The position numbers and the translations under genes were made by a program. Below the pieces are notes generated by a model, which saw only the letters and a program-made list of their open reading frames with translations, was not told the DNA's origin and made no database searches. DNA of 46,251 nt, the filler included, from Actinomycetota bacterium (GTDB taxonomy: Bacteria > Actinomycetota > CADDZG01 > JAHWKV01 > JAOPZY01): assembly GCA_025963875.1 (NCBI GenBank). It is 2 parts of 2 records of this genome, joined end to end, with 100 filler letters (N's around TTAATTAATTAA, not from the genome) between each part and the next. Parts side by side here need not be neighbours in the genome. Positions count along the whole stretch, not along the records: positions 23,538 to 46,251 come from JAOPZY010000211.1; 1 more part is not named here. One strand, given 5' to 3'. The first letter of the stretch is position 1. Each line of letters begins with the position of its first letter. Below are positions 31,186 to 40,492 of this stretch, in pieces.

Positions 31186-33429
31186 TCAGGGCCAGGGTTC
31201 GTCCTCGGTGTCCTCGGGAACTGGCGGATCCTGCAGTGCTGCGACGGCTTCGCAGAGCTCGTAGCCTTCTCCGTCCTCGCACAGAGCGAGGATGTCCAGC
31301 TCTTTGCCCGGGGCGACCGGGAACATCCCGCCGATGAACTGGTGGCTCTCACCGTCGGGCACCGCACGGGCGCAGATGAGTCCTCCGACCTGGGCCTCCT
31401 CGCTGAGGCTCTGCTCATGTACGTCGAGCTGGTCGCCCGTGGCGACATCCCGGACCGTCACGCCCGTGCCGGGCCGGACCTCGACGATCTCGTACACCGT
31501 CCGCCTCACCGGCATCCATGCAGTGACCAGCGTGACCTCGTCCTCGGGGAGCAGCGGCCCGCGTTCATCCAGGAACCGCTGGAACCAGCCGCCCTCGGTG
31601 AGGGCGCAGTCGATGACGATGGGATCGTCGAACGCTTCCAGAATGTCGTCGTCGTCATCGGGGTCCACGGCCCGGGCCTGCGCGTACTCGACGAGGGCGA
31701 GCTCGGCTGCGCCTCCCCGGCGCTCCAGGAAGGCGGCGGCCTTGCGGTAGATCCAAGCCACCCGATCCGGCAGCGGGGGCAGGGCGGGGCGGTTGAGGTG
31801 ACAGTTCTTGTACTTGCGGCCCGAGCCGCACCAGCAGGGTTGATTGCGGCCGAGGAGCCGCGTGGGCGTGTCTTCGAACGGCTCCACCACGTCGAGGTCC
31901 CGGGTGTCCTCGGCATCGAGGCTGCGCCACAGCTGGGCGGCGGTCCTCGCATCTCCCCGGTCCGATGCGTACCAGGCCGCCCGGTCCACCGCGGGTCCCC
32001 AGCTCGGCGCCGAGTTGAGCGCGATCTGCAGGTGCCGCTCGGCAACCAGCGGTTCCCGCCTGCGCTCTGCAACGACGCAGCAGAGCCAGCGCGCAACGGC
32101 GATCTCCGCGGGGCGCTTGGCCGCCTGGAGCAGGCGTTGGGCGAACCGGTCCGTGGACTCGATTGCCTCCTTGCTGTCGTCGCCGCCCAACAACTCGTCG
32201 GCGACGAAGATCAGCACTTCATGCGTCTGGAGTCCCTTGAGTACGGACTTGAGGACGACGGCATCGGCGCTCTCGTCCGCGGCAGCTTCCAGGGCCTCCA
32301 TGGCAGCAAGTCGGTCTTCCTTGTCCTCGAAGTGGTGAATGACGCGCCACATCCGCAGGGAGGCCTCCTCGTTGTCCCAGACGCTCTGGTCGTGGGCGAC
32401 CTCGTCCCCCCTCCGCTGCAGTCCTGCCGCCGCGCAGAGGTCGGCGAGTGGCAGCCGTGGAATATCGAAGGTGGTTCGGTCCTCGAGGAGGAGGTCCAAG
32501 ACGAGCTCTTCTGCTTCGACCGGCAGCCAAGGCTCCTCGACCGCTCGGTCATAGGCGGCGCGGAGCCGAGCCACCAGCCCCTGGTCGGTCTCCGGCTCGT
32601 CGCTGGCCGGGATGGCGGAGATGGAAACGACGCCGGCATCCGACACCCGGAGGGCCAGGAGGTCTCCAGGGCCGGAGGCCCCCAGCCATCCCTCCCGGCC
32701 GCGCCACCCGAGATCCCCGGACTCCTCTTCGTAGACGTCGATTGGCGTGCCGTCGGGCAGCGTAAGGTCGTCCCGTCGCCAGAATGTGGCCAGGTCGAAG
32801 GTGCCCACGATCATGCCAAGCCTTGCCTCGGTGTCAGACAACCGGTGCGTCATCACGACCCCGGCGGTCAGGTCGCCGACGTGGACCATCCGGTCCCCGG
32901 CAAGCAGCGCCAGGGGGCCATCGTCCTCGACGAGGTCGTCGACGAGGTGGCTGATCAGCTCCTCGGTCAGTACGTCGTCCGGCTCCCGTCCGAGGCCCGC
33001 CAGCACGACGTGCACCAGGTGGTCACCGTCGATGCCCTGGCAGGCCAGCACCGCGTCCGGCACCGCCGCCGCGGCGTCGTCGGGATCCGGGAGCGGAAGG
33101 CGGTGGAGTGCCGCGACATAGGCCGCCTCGTCGAACGGCGACTGCTCGGCGAGGATGCGACGGGTGAAGAACGTGAGGTTGAGCGTCAGTTGCTCCAGCA
33201 CCACGCCACGGTCGATGCCGCGCCCCACGAGGTCCTGGGCCACCTGCCAGACCTCCGCCGGCGTGTCGTCGGCGATCTGGTTGGCGATGACGGACTGGAG
33301 TGCCGCCCAGGCGGGCCTGTCTTCGGATGGAACGGCCTCCTCGAAAAGCAGCGCGCGCACGTCGGCATCGTCCAGGTCCATCCCGTCGGGAACCTCGCCG
33401 AACAGGAACCGCGCCTTCGCCTCGTCCAT
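31186..33429 (-). CDS. SEC-C motif-containing protein, function unknown
   Basis: GRNQPCWCGSGRKYKNCH; acidic 747-aa ORF; TAGGGT 6 nt before the ATG. Confidence 0.8.
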   Translation of the reverse strand: MDEAKARFLFGEVPDGMDLDDADVRALLFEEAVPSEDRPAWAALQSVIANQIADDTPAEVWQVAQDLVGRGIDRGVVLEQLTLNLTFFTRRILAEQSPFDEAAYVAALHRLPLPDPDDAAAAVPDAVLACQGIDGDHLVHVVLAGLGREPDDVLTEELISHLVDDLVEDDGPLALLAGDRMVHVGDLTAGVVMTHRLSDTEARLGMIVGTFDLATFWRRDDLTLPDGTPIDVYEEESGDLGWRGREGWLGASGPGDLLALRVSDAGVVSISAIPASDEPETDQGLVARLRAAYDRAVEEPWLPVEAEELVLDLLLEDRTTFDIPRLPLADLCAAAGLQRRGDEVAHDQSVWDNEEASLRMWRVIHHFEDKEDRLAAMEALEAAADESADAVVLKSVLKGLQTHEVLIFVADELLGGDDSKEAIESTDRFAQRLLQAAKRPAEIAVARWLCCVVAERRREPLVAERHLQIALNSAPSWGPAVDRAAWYASDRGDARTAAQLWRSLDAEDTRDLDVVEPFEDTPTRLLGRNQPCWCGSGRKYKNCHLNRPALPPLPDRVAWIYRKAAAFLERRGGAAELALVEYAQARAVDPDDDDDILEAFDDPIVIDCALTEGGWFQRFLDERGPLLPEDEVTLVTAWMPVRRTVYEIVEVRPGTGVTVRDVATGDQLDVHEQSLSEEAQVGGLICARAVPDGESHQFIGGMFPVAPGKELDILALCEDGEGYELCEAVAALQDPPVPEDTEDEPWP

Positions 33430-33474
33430 GCTGCCACCCTAACGAACTGCCCGGGGATTTCGGGGCAGGCCGCG

Positions 33475-34651
33475 TCAGGCCTCGAGGATCCCTACCACCT
33501 CGTCAGCAGCAAACACGCGGGCATAGTTGCCCCCGGTGGTTTCCCGAAGGATCTTGAGGTCGACGAGGCGCCCGACTGCTGCCGAGGCCGCCTGCCTGGT
33601 CACCGAGTGGAGCTCGGCCACCGTGGAGATGCTGAAGACGGGCCTGCCGATCAGGCTCTCGACCAGATCCAGTGCGAGTCCCCGAAGTCCCTGGTCTCTC
33701 GCAGTCCTGATGGTGGCTTCCTGATAGGCGAGAAGCCGGCTCACCTTGTCTGCCGTCGATGCAGCCTGATCCCGGACGCCTTCGGCGAAGAAAGCCACCC
33801 ACTGATCCCAGTCGCCTGTCTCGCTGAGGTGCTGGAGATGATCCTGATAGTCCCTTCGGCGGCTCTCGAACCATGGCGAGATCGTGAGGAGAGGTTCCCG
33901 GAACACACCGGCTCTCAGCAGTTGCAAGACGATCAGCAGCCGTCCGATTCTCCCGTTGCCGTCGTGGAAGGGATGCAGGGCCTCGAACTGGTAGTGAGCA
34001 AGGGCAGCTCTGACCACGATGTTCAGCTCGGAAGGCTCTCCCACCCAGGACACCCAGTCCCGAAGTGCCTCGAACAGGTCCGGGCCTGGTGGCGGGGGAA
34101 CAAAGCGCGCTCTGGGGACGGGAGTTCGGGGTCCGCCGATGACCGCTTGATGGGTGCGCACGGCGCCCGCCATGGGGCCGTCGGCAGCGGTTCGGGCGAC
34201 GAGGAGTCGGTGAAGATCCAGCACCAGCCCCAAGGAAATGGGACGTTGGACCACCTCCGCATATGCGAATTCAGCCATCCGAACGTAGTTGAGGACCTCG
34301 CGCAGCTGTGGGGATAGCTGCTCGGGAGCGTCGCCTGGCTCCGCTTCGAGGACGTCGCTGAGGGCCGCGTAGGTGCCCTCCAATGCGGACGTCGCCTGTG
34401 CCTCGCTGCGGAGCGTGGGCCGCCGCAGCATCGCTGGATCCGGGAGCTGTCTACCGGCCTGGTCAAGCCTGCCCAGGGCCAGCATTGCCTCCCCCACCAT
34501 GGACCACGTCGAAGGCCGCAACTCGACCGTGGGCGGCAGCGGGTTCGGAACATATGCCCAATGGTCGTAGTCCTGCCTGAACCGCGCGTCGTGGCCACGG
34601 ATGCGCACTACGCTCCCAATGGGGGCTCCCCCGGAGCCGCTCGACCTCCAT
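33475..34651 (-). pseudogene. Fic-family protein with an apparent +1 frameshift near codon 10 (or sequencing error)
   Basis: HPFHDGNGRIGR and TSALEG motifs; ATG 34651 (MEVERLRGSP) joins the Fic frame (IGSVVRIRGHD) if one base is removed from the C5 run (G5 at 34621-34625). Confidence 0.75.
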
Positions 34652-34832
34652 TTTGTCAAGTATAAGGCTAGATACTTGCTATTGGTTCGGTGAATGCCCA
34701 GTTGACTTATGAACGATATGATCGAATGCATGTGAACGGAGCGTCCCTTGAGTTTCAGGACTGGAATTCAAAGTCAGGACGAACTCATCGGCCCAGGCTG
34801 GCGGTGAGGGCGTAGGCCGCGCCATGCAGGTT

Positions 34833-37037
34833 CTATGTCGCGACGGGTTCCGGCTCCGGGATTACCTCGGGCTCGGCCCCCTCGACGTCGACCTTGGGCA
34901 GCAGCCGGTCCAGCCACCGCGGCAGCCACCAGTTGGCGCCGCCCAGCAGCTCCATCGTCGCCGGCACGAGGACCATCCGTACCAGCGTGGCGTCGACGAA
35001 GACTGCCGTTGCCAGGCCGAGCCCGAACAGCTTCAGCACCCGGATGGGGTCGTTGATGAGGAACGACCCGAAGACGCACACCATGATGGCCGCCGCAGCC
35101 GTGATGACCCTGGCCGTCGCTGCCAGGCCGTCGGCGACGGCGGTGGCGTTGTCGCCCGTGCGCAGGTACTCCTCACGGATGCGGGAGAGCAGGAACACCT
35201 CGTAGTCCATGCTGAGGCCGAACAGGATGGTGAACAGGAACAGCGGGACCCACGGATCCACCGGACCCGTCTTGCCGATCCCGATCACGGATCCGAAGTA
35301 GCCCTTCTGGAACACGGCGACGACCACGCCGTAGGCGGCCCCGATCGACAGCAGGTTCATGATGGCCGCCTTCACCGGCACGGCGATGGACCGGAACACG
35401 GCCATGAGCAGGATGAAGGACAACCCCACGACGAGACCGATCACCCACGGCAGGCGTCGGGCCAGATCGGTGGAGGAGTCGACCCCGACCGCGGTGAATC
35501 CCCCGACCAGGACCTGGGCATCGGAGCCTCGCGTCGCCGAAGGGATGACGCCCTGGCGGAGTGCGTGGACGAGGTCCTGCGTCTTGCTGTCCTGCGGGGA
35601 CGACTTCGGAATGACGACGAGAATGGCCGTGTCTCCCTCGGGGCTGATCCGGGGAGGAACGACGAACGCAACGTCGGTTGTCTGCTGGATCGCCCCGGAG
35701 AGCCTGGTGAGGACGCCCTGGTCGGCCGTCGAAGGGAACTGGACCGCGAGCACGAGGGGGCCGTTGCTGCCGGGCCCGAACCCCGTGGCAAGGAGGTCGT
35801 ACGCCTTGCGCGTGGTGAGGTTGGTCGCCGCGTTGCCGTCGTCCGTGAAGGCCAGGTGCATGGAGAACAGCGGAAGGGACAGGCCCACCAGGATCGCAAG
35901 CGACAGCAGCGCAGCGCTCCACGGATGGCGCTGGATGACCCGGCTCCACCGGTAGGCCATCGTCTTGCGCCCGCTGCCGGTGTCCTTGTGGTGGAGGCCG
36001 GGGATCCGGAGCTTGTCGATCGCCCGCCCGCAGAAACCGAGCAGGGCGGGGAGGAGGGTGACGGTGCCGAGCATGACGAACAGCACGGTGGCGACCGCCC
36101 CGAGGGCCAGGCCCACGACGAAAGGCTGGCCCATGAGCAACAGCCCGAGGAGGGAGATCACAACCGTGATGCCGGCAAACAGCACGGCGCGGCCCGAGGT
36201 GGTCAGGGCAAGCTCGACGGCGTCCTCCGGTTCCAGCCCGTCGTGCAGGCCGTGGCGGTATCTCGTGACGATGAAGAGGGCATAGTCGATGCCGACCCCG
36301 AGCCCGATCATGGCCGCCAGCTGCGGGGCGAATTCGGGAGTGCTGAAGCGGTGGCTGAGGATGTCGAGCACGGCAAACCCGCAGCCGACCCCGAAGATGG
36401 CGATGATGAGCGGCAGCCCCATCGCCACGACGGAGCCGAACGCGATCAGCAGGATGACCATGGCGGCGATGATGCCGATGTACTCGCTGGTCGGGACGGC
36501 GAACTCGACGAGATCGATCGGGGGGCCGCCGAGCTCCACGTCAAAGCCGGGGTGGCGCGCCTGCTCGGCGGTGGCGATGACCGCCTTGATCGCCGGCTTG
36601 GGCAGGTCCTGGCTTGGCTTGTCGAACTGGACGGTGGCGAACGCGATATGGCCGTCCGGGCTGACCTGGCCCCGGGCGGTTGCCGACAGCGGGTTCGTCA
36701 CGCTTCCCACGTGGGGCAGGCCGGCCAATGCGGAGACGAGGGCCCCGATCGCAGCCTGGTTGGCCAGGTCGGTGACGGGGCCGGTGGCGCTGAAGACCAC
36801 CTGGGCGCTGTCGCCGGACGCGGTCGGAAAACGTTGCTGCAGCAACTTCTGGGCCCGGGCCGACTCGGAGCTGCCGGATCCGAACTTGTTGGAGAACGAG
36901 GCGCCGAAGAGGCCCTGGCCGACGACCGTGATCGCGATCAGGCCGAGAATCCACAGACCGAGGACCAGCTTGCGCCGGGTATAGCAGTAATGGGCCAGGC
37001 GACCGAGGCGGGTGGCGGAGCGTGCCGTCGTTTGCAT
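34833..37037 (-). CDS. MMPL family (RND) transporter
   Basis: GLGVGIDYALF, FGLSMDYEVFLLSRIREE, DATLVRMVLVPA, NWWLPRWL; start may extend to 37082. Confidence 0.94.
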   Translation of the reverse strand: MQTTARSATRLGRLAHYCYTRRKLVLGLWILGLIAITVVGQGLFGASFSNKFGSGSSESARAQKLLQQRFPTASGDSAQVVFSATGPVTDLANQAAIGALVSALAGLPHVGSVTNPLSATARGQVSPDGHIAFATVQFDKPSQDLPKPAIKAVIATAEQARHPGFDVELGGPPIDLVEFAVPTSEYIGIIAAMVILLIAFGSVVAMGLPLIIAIFGVGCGFAVLDILSHRFSTPEFAPQLAAMIGLGVGIDYALFIVTRYRHGLHDGLEPEDAVELALTTSGRAVLFAGITVVISLLGLLLMGQPFVVGLALGAVATVLFVMLGTVTLLPALLGFCGRAIDKLRIPGLHHKDTGSGRKTMAYRWSRVIQRHPWSAALLSLAILVGLSLPLFSMHLAFTDDGNAATNLTTRKAYDLLATGFGPGSNGPLVLAVQFPSTADQGVLTRLSGAIQQTTDVAFVVPPRISPEGDTAILVVIPKSSPQDSKTQDLVHALRQGVIPSATRGSDAQVLVGGFTAVGVDSSTDLARRLPWVIGLVVGLSFILLMAVFRSIAVPVKAAIMNLLSIGAAYGVVVAVFQKGYFGSVIGIGKTGPVDPWVPLFLFTILFGLSMDYEVFLLSRIREEYLRTGDNATAVADGLAATARVITAAAAIMVCVFGSFLINDPIRVLKLFGLGLATAVFVDATLVRMVLVPATMELLGGANWWLPRWLDRLLPKVDVEGAEPEVIPEPEPVAT

Positions 37038-37157
37038 CCTTGCCCCTTGCTCTAATGATTTCATCACGGATGACGTCACCACACGGTTCGCCGCTGGTGA
37101 ATTGACGGTATCAGCAATCCCCCCGATCGGAGCACTTCCCCCATCTGGGGGAACCCA

Positions 37158-37773
37158 GTGGCCCTCGTAGGCCGCAGACCAGGCAGGCGCGACACGAGGG
37201 CGGAGATCCTGGCCGCTGCCAGAACGGCGTTCGTCGAAGAAGGCTACGAGCGGCCCAGCCTGCCGGCATCGCCCGGCGGGCGGGCGTCGATCCCGCGCTG
37301 GTCCATCACTATTTCAAGACCAAGGCCGACCTGTTCACCGAGGCGCTGAAACTCGGACGAGACCCGCGGGAGATCGTCGTCGAGCTGTCCCAGTCCGGTG
37401 GCGAGCACACCGGCGCCGATCTCGTCAAGGCCTTCCTGGGCCTGTGGGAGAGCGGGCGTCCGGGCGAGCCGGGCCCGCCGCCGTTCGCCGCAATCGCCCA
37501 GGCCGTGAGTTCGAGGCGGCCACGGGGTTGCGTGAGTACCTGCAGGACCGCGTCTGGTCGCTGGCGGCGCAGCACCTTCCTCCGGGCGAAGGGGAGCAGC
37601 GCCGGCCCCTTGTCGCCTCGCAGCTCGTGGGCCTGGCCTGGACGGGCTACCTCCTACGTCTGGAGCCGCTGGCCTCGGCCCACCCGGAGGGGGTTGCGCG
37701 CTGGATCGGCCCGACGCTCGACCGGTACATGCGGGAGCCACTTCCCCCTCCCAGCGAGCAGTCAGTTCGATAG
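37158..37773 (+). pseudogene. TetR family regulator with two frameshifts
   Basis: GRRPGRRDTRAEILAAAR...SL / GIARRAGVDPALVHHYFKTKADLF...AQAVS / EAATGLREYL...LEPLASA lie in three successive frames; shifts near 37263 and 37512. Confidence 0.85.
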
Positions 37774-38331
37774 GGCTTGGTGGTAGGAGCCTATGGCGCA
37801 GGACCAGGTGGCTGCGCCCTGGGGACATTCCCAGAACGAGCCAGAAGGAGTCGCTACCGGGTTGAGCGGATGGCCATGCAGTGGGCAGGCCGGTCGTGCT
37901 TCCCGTACTTCCTCAATCACTGCGTCCTGAATTGACTGCGCTAGGAGGAATGGCAACTGTTCCCGGTAGGACTCCAGGTAGGAGGCTGGCACTTCGATCA
38001 GCAACGACCGGCGCCCTCCCAGGTAGGCAATCCCCGCCCAACTCCCTTGTTCCCTGGAGCGGCTCTGGCCCCCCCAAGGCGGATCGACCTCATCCAAACG
38101 AGAGGCTGGTATCCAAGCCACGTCGATCAGGTTGGCCAGCGACTCGTCGCCGAGATCGCTGACGACGGCTTCCAACGCCTGGTCTAGGAGGCGGACAGTG
38201 GCTCTTTCCTCCTTCTTCGCCTGCTCTGCATACTGCTTGACGAGTTTCTCCCTATCGTTCTCAGAGAGCGCGGCTGGCCGGTAGCGATCGCCGACAGCTC
38301 CATCAGTCCGATCCGTTTCAGCTTCTTTCAC
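37762..38331 (-). CDS. Hypothetical protein with C-terminal CPxHxH...WxC motif
   Basis: 189-aa ORF with GAGGAGGTGA SD; PACPLHGHPL...FWECP. Confidence 0.65.
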   Translation of the reverse strand: MKEAETDRTDGAVGDRYRPAALSENDREKLVKQYAEQAKKEERATVRLLDQALEAVVSDLGDESLANLIDVAWIPASRLDEVDPPWGGQSRSREQGSWAGIAYLGGRRSLLIEVPASYLESYREQLPFLLAQSIQDAVIEEVREARPACPLHGHPLNPVATPSGSFWECPQGAATWSCAIGSYHQALSN

Positions 38332-38343
38332 GGGGTCACCTCC

Positions 38344-38916
38344 TCAGCGGATTCCGATTCGATAATTGGCCCAAAAGTCATGCTGCAATACCCCCGGTAC
38401 GGTGTAAGTGAACTTAGAAATGATGTCGACAGTGTCTCCAACGCGTAGAGAATGATAGGTCCAAGGTGCATCGCCTTTGAATTGGAAGGTCGATCCAATG
38501 GACGAGTGAAATAGGTAGGAAGCAGGTTCAGAATGAGGACGATAGTTGTTGACCTCCTTACCTCTCGTGTATATGTGGTACTCAAAGTCAACAGGGTTTG
38601 CTCCGGCTTCGGTTTGCCATTGCTTGGCGATGCCAAAGCCCCACTGCATGGTGGAATTCGCGTAGTTGTACTGCACATGGAAGAGACCGACATAACTTGA
38701 GTCGTACGTGAAAGGCGCTTGCCTCCTGAGTTCGCGGTAGATGAAGTTCGTCGATGACTCAGGCCCAGTCGATCTGACGCCGCGGGGACCGACCCTTGCG
38801 AATGCAGGAGGCCCGAGAAACATCAAGCAGAAGATGGTCATGCCCATGACTCCGCCCAGCGGAACGCGCCTGAATCGAGATTCTGCAGATCCAGGGCTCA
38901 ACACTGTCACCTCCAT
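38344..38916 (-). CDS. Hypothetical, possibly secreted protein (start uncertain)
   Basis: Lower-GC ORF rich in aromatic residues; hydrophobic stretch ending in AFA; ends 12 nt before the next gene. Confidence 0.55.
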   Translation of the reverse strand: MEVTVLSPGSAESRFRRVPLGGVMGMTIFCLMFLGPPAFARVGPRGVRSTGPESSTNFIYRELRRQAPFTYDSSYVGLFHVQYNYANSTMQWGFGIAKQWQTEAGANPVDFEYHIYTRGKEVNNYRPHSEPASYLFHSSIGSTFQFKGDAPWTYHSLRVGDTVDIISKFTYTVPGVLQHDFWANYRIGIR

Positions 38917-39373
38917 TCTGGCTGCGGCGTGGCAACAGCCGCGTAGCCCTTCCGATCCCGCGCAATCTGATGCCCACTTCTCTGTCCCCTGCGCCATTCT
39001 CCCAAGGCGCGTACCTGAGTACGAACGGACGCTGCCGGTGACCTGATGGTCCGTACAGTTCACGGGGACCATCGATCGTTAACAATTGGTATGGTATCAG
39101 AAGACATAAGAAGACGCAACTACGCTACCCGATGTAACGCTTAACTTCATGGCCAAGGGCACGCCGAGACGCTTGCCGGGGCGGCGCGGGGCGGGAACTC
39201 TGATCGCCTTGGCCTACGGCATCAGCTTGGCATGTCGGTCGCAGAGCGCCTCCCGGATAGGAGCGACATGAACCCGGCATGCAGGGACGAACTCATCGCA
39301 GGCTTCGGCGCCTTGGCTACCTTGTCGAGGCAGCTACCTCGTTGCTGAAGGTGTGAAGGATTCGGCACCAGGC

Positions 39374-39579
39374 AGGCCGTCGCGAAATTCCACTGAGGGG
39401 CCTCCGAGGTTGTATGCGGCCCGTTTTCCGCCCGAATTGCTCCGTTTCCGACCAGCCCCGGTCCGAAGTTGGGAGCGAATCGCGCGTATGCGCGCGCTAG
39501 GCTCCCAACCTCCTCCGGCCGCTGGGTGGCGACGGAGTTCCGGACAAGCGCTACCTCGGGTCGCCATTTTGCGACACCC
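39374..39579. mobile_element. MITE-like element, copy 2 (inverted relative to copy 1)
   Basis: AGGCCGTCGCGAAAT...ATTTTGCGACACCC; interior is a diverged reverse complement of 18859-19077. Confidence 0.75.
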
Positions 39580-39634
39580 CGCAGTGGTCGCTTGCCTCCC
39601 ACATCTCCGCGGGAACTTGTCTGACTGGGGCTGG

Positions 39635-40492
39635 TTACGGCCCTCCGAGCGCCTCCTCGACCGCTCGGCCCACAAGGACGTCGGCCAGGTGCCGGCGGTA
39701 GTTCGCCCCGGCGTTCGTGTCCGACGTTGGGCTCGTGCCCTCCGGGGCCATCGCCGCCGCGGCTGGGATCGCGTCCCGCTCGGCCCCCGCCAGCGCCTGC
39801 TCCACCGACGAGGCTCGCAGCGGCGTCGCTCCCATGTTGGTGAGGGCGACCCTGGCGCTGCCGATGCCCCCGTTGGAGCGCTCGACGATCGCCGCCACCC
39901 CCACGATCGCCCAGTCCTGGGCCCGCCGGCTGAACTTGAGGTACGACCAGCCTGACGAGGCGCCGAGCTTCGGCACCCGGATCTCGGTCAGTATCTCTTC
40001 CGGCCCGATCGCGGTCTCGAAGAACCCTTTGAAGAAGTCGGAGGCGGGCACCACCCGGGTCGCCCCGCCGGACCCGGTCAGGACGAATTCGGCGTCGAGC
40101 GCCAGCAACACCGTGGGCAGGTCGGACGCCGGGTCGCCGTGGGCCACCGACCCCCCGATCGTCCCCTTGTGCCGGACCTGCGGGTCGCCGATGAGCCCCG
40201 CGGTGAAGGAGAGGAGCGGGCAGCCGGCTTCGATGAGCGGACTGTGGTGCACGTCGTGATGCCTCGTGCCCGCACCGATGCGGATGTGGCCGTCGTCCTG
40301 CTCCACGTAGGAGAGCGCAGCGATCCGGCCGATGTCGACGAGGGCCGAGGGCCTGGCGAATCGCAGCTTCATCATCGGGATCAGCGAATGGCCGCCGGCG
40401 AGGAGCTTCGCCTCCGGGCCGTAGCCGGCGAGCAGCGACAAAGCATGGTCGACCGAGTCGGCGACCTCGTAGTTGAACTCTGCGGGGATCAT
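39635..40492 (-). CDS. coxM: Molybdenum hydroxylase FAD subunit (CoxM-like)
   Basis: LLAGGHSLIPMMKLR, GDPQVRHKGTIGGSVAHGDPASD. Confidence 0.92.
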   Translation of the reverse strand: MIPAEFNYEVADSVDHALSLLAGYGPEAKLLAGGHSLIPMMKLRFARPSALVDIGRIAALSYVEQDDGHIRIGAGTRHHDVHHSPLIEAGCPLLSFTAGLIGDPQVRHKGTIGGSVAHGDPASDLPTVLLALDAEFVLTGSGGATRVVPASDFFKGFFETAIGPEEILTEIRVPKLGASSGWSYLKFSRRAQDWAIVGVAAIVERSNGGIGSARVALTNMGATPLRASSVEQALAGAERDAIPAAAAMAPEGTSPTSDTNAGANYRRHLADVLVGRAVEEALGGP

